Origin: Conidiobolus incongruus B7586
Taxonomy: Eukaryota
Length of the DNA: 36,168 nucleotides
Assembly (NCBI GenBank): GCA_000697335.1
Contig: JNEM01011380.1
Span: 1 to 36,168, forward strand
Direction of reading: 5' to 3'
The notes below the pieces were generated by a model, which was not told the DNA's origin, made no database searches, and saw only the letters and a program-made list of their open reading frames with translations. Made by a program: the position numbers and the translations under genes. This document shows, one piece after another, positions 24,440 through 36,168 of this stretch. The stretch's first letter is position 1. Every line of letters starts with the position of its first letter.

Positions 24440-26520
24440 ATGGTTTAACTTCGTTACTAATCCTTTTCTTCTCAATCTATCATTCAATCTAATGTAATTA
24501 GAATCAATCTCTTTTTCTCATATAAATTTTTATTGTATTGTATATAAGATAACCAATGTTATCTGATATAAACTTGAAATGTAAAATGCTTATTTAATAA
24601 AGTATTTACTAATTAAAAAAGTTTTTTCTTTTATATCGATATTCTTCGATATATTTGGACTAAAAAACATCTTTACAAGTTTATTGTTTAAGGGTAAAAT
24701 GGATGCCATCCTGAGAAGCAATGTGACCTCTCTGATGTTAGGTGCCATTGATTGGGCTTCCCTCAAATTTTTAAGGCATAAAATATTATGATTATAACCG
24801 TAATTTTTAGGATATATTCTAAATTATTAATATTATTTAATTATTTATATTCAATGGATTTATTCATATTTTTCGCAATTAATTATTTAATGTTAATAAC
24901 TTTATTATATCTGATTTTGAAAACTCTCAATATTCAAATCACGATCTTCTATAATTTATGATTTTCAATTTTCTTTCACATTGTAATCTATTTACGTTCA
25001 AGGATTAACTGAAACTTTTTAATATAACAAAAATAAGTTTGGTGAGACTATCATTTAATTATTTATTATTATTATTATTATTATTATATTTAGAAAATTT
25101 AGATTTAATTCAACTTCATAAATGTTGGATTTCAAATATACCTCAAAATCAAACTTTGAAAAATGTTACAATAAGAGAATATATGACACTTTTAATTCAT
25201 ACTATTAATTATTTCTACATATTAAATTTTATCAAATTTTATAATAAATACATAAATCTACAGGTTGTCAAAATATAATATGTCATAGATTTAAGTTCAT
25301 ATTTTTTTTTAAAAAATTATTAATTGAATTTATTTTATAAAATTTTGGAATATTAAAGGAATGTAAATGTATAGAAAAGGATAATTAATAAGATTATGTG
25401 TTATGAAGTTTGTGATTATAATTATACATTATTATAAAATATATATACATATATTATTTTAAATTTTATAATATTTTTATATTATATTTTATAAATAAAT
25501 TTTTTTTAATTCTAAAAATTACAATTGAAATATATTATAAATTTTATAATTTAAATTTGTTTAATTTCTTACTATTATAAAACTGTGTATCAAATTAATA
25601 CTATCAACTTTCACCTCAAATACTTAAAACGATGACATCATTATATTGTAATGAATAAAAAAAATCTAATTTCAGTTTATTTATTGTCTAATATGATAAT
25701 AGTGAAAAATACTATAAGTATTTTTAAATTAATAACGTATGTGATTACATATTATATCACTATTTAATAATAGATGAATTAATAAGAATATTAACTAAAA
25801 TTTAAATAAAAAATATAGTGTATAAATTAATTTAAATTTAAAAGAATTAAACTATAAAAATTTAATAATATTTAATATTTAATAATATTAAAAATTTAAA
25901 ATTAATAAAATTTTAAATTTCTAAAGATAATTTAAATATTATTATAATTTGCCTGTGCATAATATTAATATATAGGAAATTTAATAATATATAATGAATT
26001 TAACATAAATATTTTTTTTCCTTGACAATTGCAAATTACATTATTAAATTTATAATAATTAATATTTTCAAATTCTATGAATTTTATGAACCAAATAGAA
26101 AAATTGTAATGTTTTTAACACTGATATTAATATTACTCACTTGGTTTAATCAAGTTTTAATTAGATAAGCCAATTGATATTATATATTTTAAAATATCGT
26201 GATAATTCTAATAATATAACCTAATATATTAACACAAAATATTAAAAACTATTTCTCTATATTTTATTCTACTTTAAATATTGATGATTTGTAAATTAAA
26301 TAAAACATTTAATAAAGAATTGAAAACTGCAATTTCAATATATTATTTTAATATGCTTTATAAATTTTGGTTATATAAACTTATTCTTGAGAATATATTA
26401 TATAATTTTTCTACTTTTGTAAACTACAAGATGATACAAGATGAATATAATTTTAAATTAATTTTAACAAAGTATAATCAAAGAATATAAAATTGATATA
26501 TAATAAATGCTTAATATCTC

Positions 26521-26820
26521 ATGGATAATTATGCTTGGAAATAATATCTATATTAGAGTGATATTTTTAAATTTGCACAGATCTAATGAAAATATTAAAT
26601 CATGTATATGTTGTAAATTGAAAGAAGTTTATTGATCAAATATAAAATATATCATATAATACTTAGTAACAAATCATTATTATTCTATTCATAGTTAAAT
26701 CAGACTTGGAAATGCTTTATCATTCTTAAGAGACTATAATACCAAAATTAAAATGTTGAAGATTTTAAATCAAGGTAATAAACACAATATTGATATATAA
26801 ATACTAGCTGAAACTATTAA
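26521..26820 (+). pseudogene. Possible highly decayed F-box gene 5' relic
   Basis: MDNYAWK*YLY*SDIFKF, then a shifted frame RSNENIKSCICCKLK, resembles the N-terminal F-box pattern (W...F..L...I..S.CCK). Multiple stops. Confidence 0.25.
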
Positions 26821-28238
26821 CATATATATATATATATATTTACTATAATATATTTCCAAGTTTGATATTTAAATTATATGTCTCAATTATTTTATTATTT
26901 AAAATGATATTAATAAAATTTTCAGAAAATAATAATGAAATAATATTTATATTAAGCTCAAAAAATATTATATAGTAAAGAAAGCAATAGAACAAAATAA
27001 AATAAAATTATTTAATATTTAATTATATATTAAATAGTTTAAATATTTAATATAAATCAAAATTGCTTTGTATGTAATTTTAACTCTTTAAATATCTTTC
27101 CAAATTTTATATTAATTTTTGGAATTTTGTTGGTTTATTTATACCTATCACAATGTTTAAATGTACTATTACTTGACTATATCATATTTTATTAGCTGAA
27201 GTTATAAAAACTTTAGGTATTATTAAAGTCATTTTTTATCAAATAAAAATAATAACATATTTTATTGTTTTTCAAGTATATACTACATTTCAGCATATTA
27301 TTTTTATAATTTTATACAATATTGCCAATTTAAACATTGTATTGGTTTATGTTATATTGATAATAGCTGATCAAATATCATAAATTAGTATTAAATGTGA
27401 GCAAAAATTATCCCTTGATTATATTATATAAATTCACAAATCATATAATTATTCAAAATTATTCAAAATCATTCAAGGAAAATGAAGCTCTAATATACGA
27501 TTTTTTCAATCATATATTAAAATTTCCTATATAAGAGCACTTATATTACAATAATCAATATTTTTTGAATATACTGATATCAATTGAAACTATTATTTAA
27601 TAAAATTGTATTAATAAATATTGATAAATATTTAAAAAACTTATTTGATATAGAGGTGAATATTTAATTTACTTATCACTATATTATTATATTAATAATT
27701 AAAACAAAGCATTATTATATCCAACTATCATTTATCTAATTTATGGATATAAATTAAATAAAATATTAATTGTATTTGAAAACTAAGTTTTATATCAAAA
27801 ATATATTAATTTTTAAAAATACTAATGAATTGATTTTGATTCAAATCAATAACAAATTAGTGAATTGAAATGAATAAAATTATTTCAAATATTTCAATAT
27901 ATATATATATTTTTTATATTACTTCATTCATTAACTGATCAACCAATAATATATTTTATCTAATTTGATACGTTAATTTGATAATTTTTGAAACTTGTAA
28001 TTGATGGATATTGAAATTTTCAAAAATTTGTCAAATAACTCAATAGAATTATTAATCAAGCACGAACAATCAACCAATCAAAATAATGTGGGTAATTACA
28101 ATCAATTGGTGGATTTATTAAACGCGATTAAAAATCAATTAGTAATCAATTTAATTGGATCGAATTATGTCTCGTGTATAAATACAGCAACTACAAAGAA
28201 ATTCAAAATCAAATTTCAATAATCAAAATAAATTTGTG

Positions 28239-29753
28239 ATGGCTAGAAAAACTTTCAAAAATCAAACTTTTTCAGAATCGATATTCCAGAAAAAATCTAG
28301 AAAAATTCAAAAACCACAATCTTCTTCAACTTTGCCAAAAGATTCGGATGATAATAAGATACTTTAAAATATATTTGAATTTATGGAATATAAATATTTA
28401 ATCAAGTGGAATAGTGTGAATAATAAGTGGAATCAAATGATGACTCCTATTATTCACAAGCGCTTGAAATTATTGAGGCCCCGATATATTTAAAATGACT
28501 ACCACGATGAAAATCTTAATAAACAGGAATTATTCAATACCGAAGTAAGCGAATGTATTAAAACCAATACCAAGTATAGCCAATTTATCAAAGAATTTAA
28601 ACTCAATAACAAAATATCATCAGAATTGGCTAGTGAATTCTTTAGTACATTTTCTAATTTAACATCATTTAGAATTCAAAGAATTCGTGCCAGTCAAGAT
28701 CTTTTGATAAGATGCCTGAAACGCTTAAAATCCTTGAAAAAATTAAAACTCTCATATGTCACAATTGAAGAAATTAAAAGGAACAGATTTGAATTAGAAG
28801 CAATTCAACTACCTTCAACGCTTACCAGTTTGAAATTGGGCGATATAAAATTCATTAAGAATCCTCAGCTTATCATTGATACACTCAATAGCCATAAAAG
28901 TTTGGAAGAATTTGCATGGGAGGCCACCAATTTGCCAGTATTTTTAAATCCTTTAAAGTCTAACTATCCAACTTTAAAGAAGTTATTACTTTGCGACGGT
29001 TGTTATGTAGGACTTATGCCTTATACTTATGAAGTAATTGAGGCAAATTCTCAATTGCTGGAATTGGAAATTCATTCAATTAATCTCAGCAACCATTTTA
29101 TGGATTTGATTAACTCCAAGCTTGTCAATTTGAAAACTTTAATGTTAAATAGATGTATAACAAAACAATGTGATCATGCAACAGATATACAATTCAAATA
29201 TCCCACAAAATTAACTAAATTGGTATTGCATTGGTACGGTTTATGCCCTGCTTCAGTGGACTCAATATTATCACAATCGCCCATATTGACAGATTTACAT
29301 ATTCAAATTGGACACGATTGGACTCCTTTGACTTCGATTATCAGGAAAAGATGCCCAAATTTGACTAGATTGACCTACGATGTAATTCAATTTACTTCCA
29401 ACGGATATCAATCTAATCAATCGCTAGATCAATTCTTCCAAAAGGAATTTCCAGAGACTAAATATCCCAATAGTGAAAAAATTCAAAGCCTTAACCTAGG
29501 AAATTTCAACATATTATTACTACAGCCATATCATCTAAATCAATTCCCCAATGTGAATATTATACAATTTGACAATTTTGATAGTAAATTGAATGGAAAT
29601 CAGTTAAACACTGTAAGAAAACATTTGAACAAATTTAAAGGCTGGAAGTTGAAAATTTCAACTCATAGTCAATATTTATCAGGTTATTTAGTAAAATTTA
29701 ACTTCAATGTCAAACCTTTTAATTGGGAGAAATTTCATTATTGGAATTTATAA
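28239..29753 (+). pseudogene. F-box/LRR (RNI-like) gene with two in-frame TAA stops
   Basis: ATG at 28239 is in frame with ORF 28626-29753, with TAA at 28365 and 28491. F-box-like IL*NIFEFMEYKYLIKWNSVNNKWNQMMTPIIHKRLKL, followed by LxxLxL repeats (LKSLKKLKLS, LPSTLTSLKL, CPNLTRLT). Confidence 0.75.
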
Positions 29754-29872
29754 ATAAATACTAATTAATACATAATCTTAAATATTGAAATTAGTTGTTT
29801 ATTCTTAACAAAATATAAATTTCATTTATTACATTTAATTTATACATAAATAATGAATTCTTTGATATTGAA

Positions 29873-30486
29873 ATGAACACCAACCCAAATCTTTGCGGTT
29901 TAGGTGAAAGTACTTACGATGCTACGCTATCAGTCATTAATAATGGTACCTTTGAAGTTATGTCTACTAAGGGTGACGTTCACTTGGCTAGTGAAGATTT
30001 TAATCAAGCGTTTTCTAACTATTTTGTTCAAAAGTTCAAACTCAAATATAATAAGGACCTTAGGAGTAAAATTTCGACTTTCAGTCGTCTTGGAACCGCT
30101 GGCGAATTCTCTAGTGTACCTTATATTTCAAACCTGAAGCTACTATCAAAATCAATCCTTCATTGAAGGGTATTTATTTCTCCACTTCCATCACCAACGA
30201 TAAATTCCAATGAATAATACAGGGTTTCTTAGAATTATAAATCCTATTACCAAATTCTTGAAGATGTTGATATTGTCAAATCTTTGATCAAAAAATTTCA
30301 ATCAGTAGTTCTTCTAATACCCCCATAGTTCAACAACTGGTTTCAGATTTTTTTAATGGAAAGAAACTCACCAAATCCGTCAATCCTGACGAAGTTGTTG
30401 CCTATGGCGCTGCTGTCCAAGCTTTGCTTTTATATTAACATTGTTAAAAATGTAGTCAAAATCTCTTAATACCGAATGTTTCTCCA
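29873..30486 (+). pseudogene. Hsp70 pseudogene fragment (second half of the ATPase domain to the linker)
   Basis: Decayed collinear matches: [86 protein letters not shown]. Contains frameshifts and stops. Confidence 0.9.
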
Positions 30487-31309
30487 ACATCAAGCGCAAT
30501 CTTATTTCAACGATCAAATATAACAACTACTAATTATTTCATTCAGTTGAATTAACAAATCAATAAAGGTAATCATCAACTCATTTTTTAGTCTCACAGT
30601 TCAATATAAATTGGATATTTAATATTAATCTAAAAATTCCAATAAAATTAATTTTCAGACTTTAATTATTGAGGAATAATTCAAGATATAAATATTTAAC
30701 TCTAAAATTAGGATTAATGTTGATAGTTTCAAAAAAACACCATATTAACCATATCAATAATAATTTATTTAAACAATATTAAAATTATAATATTTCATCT
30801 TAAAAATATTATTTCAACAATTATTTAATGCTATATTTGTTATTTTTAACTAATTATAATAAATATGAGTTAATGAATTATTTATATAATAAAATTAAAA
30901 AAAGATGATTATATTTTTATTTTTTTGTTTATAAATCTATTTTTCAATATCAACCTGTTATATAAATGACGATTAACTTGTTTAGTAATGATATGTTCAA
31001 AATCCTTAAAATTAAAAAATTACAATCCAAATGGTCATAATTTTGTTTCGCATGAATTACGTAAAATTGACATCAAATTAAGGAAATTTTTATTATATTT
31101 CCTAGTCTTTAATTGAAATTATCATATTAAAAAATTAAATTTTAAATTTTCAAATTTAAAAAAAATAGTTAAGTGATATGTAATAATAAATATAAAATAT
31201 CAATAGAAACTTCATATGACTATCTCTAATTATAGCTCAAAAAAGATTTCGGATTTTTTTACATCTTTGATGTTGATATCAATTAATCATACAATTTCCC
31301 AAAACGGGA

Positions 31310-31366
31310 AGAATATTCTTGTGTAACGTAGAATTTACTAGAAATTTAGAAAAACCAGTATATAAA
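31310..31366 (+). promoter_or_regulatory. Heat-shock elements plus TATA box of Hsp70 copy 2
   Basis: Perfect aGAAtaTTCt (31310-31319), GAAttTACtaGAA (31331-31343) and TATAAA at 31361-31366. Confidence 0.7.
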
Positions 31367-31470
31367 TCCGGGTTTGAACAGGAGTTTCAATCAATTCAAA
31401 TTATTGCAAGTATTCAATTTAAAATCTTCCTGTGTACTATATTCTCATCTTGCTCTAATAATTCATAAAA

Positions 31471-33417
31471 ATGACAAACGGAACCTCTATTGGTATTGAT
31501 TTAGGTACTACTTACTCTTGTGTCGGTGTTTGGCAAAATGATCGTGTAGAGATTATTGCCAATGACCAAGGTAATCGTACCACTCCCTCATATGTTGCAT
31601 TCACCGATACTGAACGTTTAATTGGTGATGCCGCTAAAAATCAAGTTGCCATGAACCCTCATAACACAGTTTTCGATGCTAAACGTTTAATCGGTCGTCG
31701 CTTCAATGATGCTGATGTTCAAAGTGATATGAAACACTGGCCATTCAAGGTCATTGATAGCAATGGTTTACCCAAGATTCAAGTTGAATACAAGGGTGAA
31801 AAGAAGATCTTCACTCCTGAAGAAATTTCTTCTATGGTCTTAGTCAAGATGCGTGAAGTTGCTGAAGCTTATCTTGGAACCAAGGTCACAGATGCTGTCA
31901 TTACTGTCCCTGCTTACTTCAACGACTCTCAACGTCAAGCTACCAAGGATGCTGGTGTCATTGCTGGTTTGAATGTTCTCCGTATCATCAACGAACCTAC
32001 TGCCGCTGCTATTGCTTATGGTTTAGACAAACAGACTAAAGGTGAAAAGAACGTTCTGATTTTCGATTTGGGTGGTGGTACTTTCGATGTCTCCTTATTA
32101 ACAATTGACGAAGGTGTCTTCGAAGTCAAAGCTACTGCTGGTGATACTCACTTGGGTGGTGAAGATTTCGATAATAGATTGGTCAATCATTTTGTTCAAG
32201 AATTCAAACGCAAGAACAAAAAGGATATGAGTAATAATGCTCGTGCTCTTCGTCGTCTTAGAACCGCTTGTGAACGTGCTAAGCGTACCTTATCTTCTGC
32301 TGCTCAAACTACCATCGAAATTGATTCCTTATTTGAAGGTATTGACTTCTACACCTCCATCACTCGTGCTAGATTCGAGGAACTCTGTCAAGATCTCTTC
32401 CGCTCCACCATGGACCCCGTTGAAAAGGTTCTTCGTGACTCCAAGATCGACAAATCCTCCGTCCATGAAGTCGTCTTAGTTGGTGGTTCTACTCGTATTC
32501 CTAAGATTCAAAAGATGGTTTCTGATTTCTTCAACGGTAAAGAGCCTTGCAAATCCATCAATCCTGATGAAGCTGTTGCCTATGGAGCTGCTGTCCAAGC
32601 TGCTATCTTGACTGGTGACACTTCATCAAAGACTCAAGATCTCTTATTGTTGGATGTTGCTCCTCTTTCTCTCGGTATTGAAACCGCTGGTGGTATTATG
32701 ACTGCTCTTATCAAGCGTAACACCACTGTCCCCACTAAGAAGTCTGAAATCTTCTCTACCTACGCTGATAATCAACCTGGTGTCTTGATTCAAGTCTACG
32801 AAGGCGAACGTCCTCGTACCAAGGACAACAACTTGCTCGGTAAGTTCGAACTCACTGGTATCCCTCCTGCTCCTCGTGGTGTCCCTCAAATTGAAGTTTC
32901 TTTCGATATTGATGCTAATGGTATCTTGAACGTTTCTGCTGCCGATAAGTCCACCGGCAAATCTAACAAGATCACCATTACCAACGACAAAGGACGTCTC
33001 TCCAAGGAAGACATTGAACGTATGGTTGCTGAAGCCGAAAAATACAAGGAAGAAGATGAAGCCGCTGCTGCTCGTATCAATGCACGCAATGGTTTGGAAT
33101 CATACACCTACAACCTCAAAAACACCATTAATGACGCTAATTTATCCAGTAAGCTAGATGCTGCTGACAAGAAGAAACTTGAAGATGCCATCAATGAAAC
33201 CACCACTTGGTTGGATAACTCCGCTGAAGCTTCCAAGGAAGAATACGAAGATAGACAAAAGGAACTCGAAGGTATTGCTAATCCCATTATGACCAAACTT
33301 TATCAAGGAGGTGCTGCTGGTGGAATGCCTGGTGGTATGCCCGGTGGATTCCCAGGCGCAGGTGCTTCTTACTCCAACCAAGGTGGCACTGGACCTACCG
33401 TTGAAGAAGTCGACTAA
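31471..33417 (+). CDS. HSP70: Cytosolic Hsp70 (SSA type), 648 aa, intronless paralog
   Basis: All three Hsp70 signatures, GGMP repeats and C-terminal PTVEEVD; highly similar to 22484-24439. Confidence 0.99.
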   Translation: MTNGTSIGIDLGTTYSCVGVWQNDRVEIIANDQGNRTTPSYVAFTDTERLIGDAAKNQVAMNPHNTVFDAKRLIGRRFNDADVQSDMKHWPFKVIDSNGLPKIQVEYKGEKKIFTPEEISSMVLVKMREVAEAYLGTKVTDAVITVPAYFNDSQRQATKDAGVIAGLNVLRIINEPTAAAIAYGLDKQTKGEKNVLIFDLGGGTFDVSLLTIDEGVFEVKATAGDTHLGGEDFDNRLVNHFVQEFKRKNKKDMSNNARALRRLRTACERAKRTLSSAAQTTIEIDSLFEGIDFYTSITRARFEELCQDLFRSTMDPVEKVLRDSKIDKSSVHEVVLVGGSTRIPKIQKMVSDFFNGKEPCKSINPDEAVAYGAAVQAAILTGDTSSKTQDLLLLDVAPLSLGIETAGGIMTALIKRNTTVPTKKSEIFSTYADNQPGVLIQVYEGERPRTKDNNLLGKFELTGIPPAPRGVPQIEVSFDIDANGILNVSAADKSTGKSNKITITNDKGRLSKEDIERMVAEAEKYKEEDEAAAARINARNGLESYTYNLKNTINDANLSSKLDAADKKKLEDAINETTTWLDNSAEASKEEYEDRQKELEGIANPIMTKLYQGGAAGGMPGGMPGGFPGAGASYSNQGGTGPTVEEVD

Positions 33418-36168
33418 ATGACTTAATCTTTTCTTTCCTCGATTCATTTGCATATTTGAAAAAATTTGTTCATTTTATTCAATCTTGTATAAATATTTTT
33501 GCATTTAAAAACAATAAAACTTTTTCAATTTAAAAGTTTCATTTATAATTTTGATTACAACGATTTATTAAATATATATTTAATAGATTTTAATATATTT
33601 TTAATGTTGATTTCCTTTATATAAATATATTTAAAATAATTTCAAACTATTAATATAGCAGTATATATTATGAAATTAAATTATTTTATACAAAATATAA
33701 TAATTATATTAAACTTAATTAATATTGAACATACCACTGGTTTTGAAAAATAATTTATTTATTACGAAAAATTGCAATTAAATTTAAGTATATATATATA
33801 CTTAAAACAAAAATTATTTAGTCAATTTATTAGATTTTAGGATCCACACATTTATTGTTATAAAGCATTGCACTTAGGTAACCATCAAAAGGATCTCCAA
33901 GTTTTTTTATCAGCACTTATTTCTTTTTTAATAAACTTATTAATAATAGGGTTAGTAATACGTCTCGTCTTTATTTATCTTGATATGATTCCTCTAGATA
34001 TTAAATAATAGTATTTTTTTTAAAATCAAACCCAAATATAGTTTTCAATATACAATTAATAAAAAACTTACTAATTTTATTTATAGCTTTGTTTTATACT
34101 TTTAGTAAACTTCTAACACCTAAAAATATAATTTTTTATTAATAACAAAAATTTATTATTTTATAAATAAATATCACATTCCTACAAAATTATTTCTTAT
34201 TCCTTATACTTTACCCTTTTATTTCAATATACATATTATTTTTTTTAACCTATTTTATTCAAATTTATCAATTTTTATCCTAATAAAAAGGACACTTGCT
34301 ATTCAAAAGAAACTTTTAAATAAGAATATTAAATTAATTGTATCAAATTAATATATACATCTTTTATAATTAATCTTAATATAATTATCCTAGTTTCCAT
34401 CACTATGATAATATAGCAAATTAATTTATTTATTAATATATTTTTTATATTTTAAATTGCTGATATAATTATAATATTTAATTTATATTTTAAAAATTAT
34501 TTCAATTATGATAACTTTTTTTTTATTATTACTTAAAAATATTTTATAAATTTAATTTTTATATATTTTAAATTTATGATATAAAATTATAAATATTTAA
34601 TAATTTTATATACACTAACTAAATTGATTATATATATATATAAATATATTACTCTAATATTCTTATAAGACTAGTTCTTTATATTTTTATATATAACTTT
34701 ATATTTATATTAATTTATACCTTTTAAATAAATTTAATTATATAAATAGCATTTATTTAATTATTAAACAATGTTTTTTTAATTTCTTATTATTTTTCTT
34801 TAATTATTATTAATCATTATTCTTTCAAAAGTTGAGACTATCATCATTAATACTTTAAATATATTAGTCTAACTAATATATTTAAAGCTTAAATAAACAT
34901 ATTGTTATATTAAATATATTATGTTATTTTAAATTTAAGTCTTTATTTGCATTTTATATTTATTTTAATCTTAAGAATATTATAAATATATTATAATAGT
35001 TAATATTTGTTAATTTATAAAATATATTTATTTTATTATCATTTAATATTTTATTTTATAATTTAGAAAAAATAAAATATAAAAATTATTAACTTAGTAT
35101 ATTAATGATTTAATATGCTTTATTTTCATTATTAATAATATTAAATAAATTATTTTTTAATCATTATTTGTAATTATATATATTTATTACATTATGCCAT
35201 ATTTATTTTATGTTTTTATTATTTAATTCAAATTCAAATTTTAAAATATATAAATATTTATGTTGTAATTTAATTGTCCATTATAATCTAATTGTCACAA
35301 ATTTTCAAGATTTAATTGAACCTTAGATTTTAGTCACAATGTAATATAAATATATGTATATTACATATTTATATATTTATATCAATATCTCCCTTGAAAT
35401 TATAACATATATATTTAATCTTATTTCAGGAGATACGTTAAGTAAAATATCTTTCCTTTGAGAATAATAAATCTTAATATATATTATTTTTGAATTCAAT
35501 TTAAGGACAACTGTATAATAACGCTTATAAGATGAAATTGTAGAGTTGGACTATACCAACTTCACACAAGATTACTACACTTAAAGGCTATGTTCCCTTC
35601 AACAATTTGACGTTATATTTGATTCTATATTTTATCATATTTTTTGATTTCAAATGTTAGAAGATTTTTAGGCATAAGTATAGATTACAAATTATACTCG
35701 TATAAAATTGTTTTCGTTATTTTTATATTTCATTTATTCAATAATATAAGTGAATATTATTCTTGACTGCAAGAGCCAAGTATACACAATGTTTTTTATA
35801 GTCTCAATAATTTATATAACTAATTATAAAATATTTTAATAGCTTTATAATTTAAAAAAAGGTTTATTTAGTAAATTTTTATATAATTAATAACTAAAAA
35901 AATTTTACCATTTAAATTTATAAATTTTAAATAATTTATATTGAAATTTCAAAAAAAAAATATTAATTAATTTAAATAAAACATAATACTTATGAATTAT
36001 TTATCAAATTGATAGATTATAAAATATTTATAGTTAATTTGTAATTATATTAAAATAAAATATATAAAAAAAACTAATATAAAAAATATATCAATTATTT
36101 AAAATATTGACTTCCTTAATTATTTCTCAAATATTAATAAATTTTCCATTTTATATAAATTAATAATA

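Noticed and set aside
22448..24487. Several antisense and alternate-frame ORFs over Hsp70 copy 1 (and 32237-33453 over copy 2)
   Set aside because: Known by-product of strong codon bias in hsp70 genes; fragmented and with no independent signals.
24700..24780. TPP-riboswitch-like words (CTGAGA, CTGAT) on plus, and a U12-snRNA-like start ATGCCTTAAA on minus
   Set aside because: Lacks the TAAT/GCG P4-P5 elements of TPP aptamers, and lacks the GTAAGGA branch-pairing motif and internal Sm site of U12.
19532..25749. TGTGATTACA occurring three times (19532, 19661, 25740)
   Set aside because: Short, irregularly spaced and with no consistent position relative to genes; cannot be distinguished from chance.
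25039..28222. Short ORFs at 25039, 26281 and 28001
   Set aside because: TTG starts and AT-driven I/N/K/Y/L composition; no domains or splice support.
33500..36168. Small GC bumps (33840-33920, 35500-35790) and an imperfect inverted repeat at 35386-35435
   Set aside because: No sustained frame, splice chain or recognisable motif; treated as intergenic or decayed DNA.
1..36168. CRISPR arrays, operons, rRNA or other prokaryotic systems; AT-AC (U12-type) introns
   Set aside because: The sequence is eukaryotic with no repeat-spacer arrays, and all modelled introns are GT-AG except one GC-AG.

Overview
Very AT-rich eukaryotic genomic DNA with short (50-63 nt) spliceosomal introns. It most likely comes from an early-diverging fungus; a Conidiobolus-like entomophthoralean is inferred from composition, intron size and the F-box/LRR family type. 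From left to right: two head-to-tail LTR-like repeats; a signal peptide peptidase gene; a decayed LRR relic; tRNA-Arg(ACG); a small orphan gene whose only open splice model found needs a 1-nt micro-exon and a GC-AG intron; a Dpb3/POLE4-type histone-fold gene; a 13-exon Integrator subunit 2 (INTS2)-like gene with an extra RGG tail; two paralogous Cys-free secreted proteins; an ANKRD13-like gene; and AT deserts containing an Hsp70 cluster (two intact intronless SSA-type genes with conversion-like identity tracts and a shared HSE, plus one Hsp70 pseudogene fragment) and F-box/LRR pseudogenes. All gene models were built by hand, and family calls rest on remembered motifs, not database searches.
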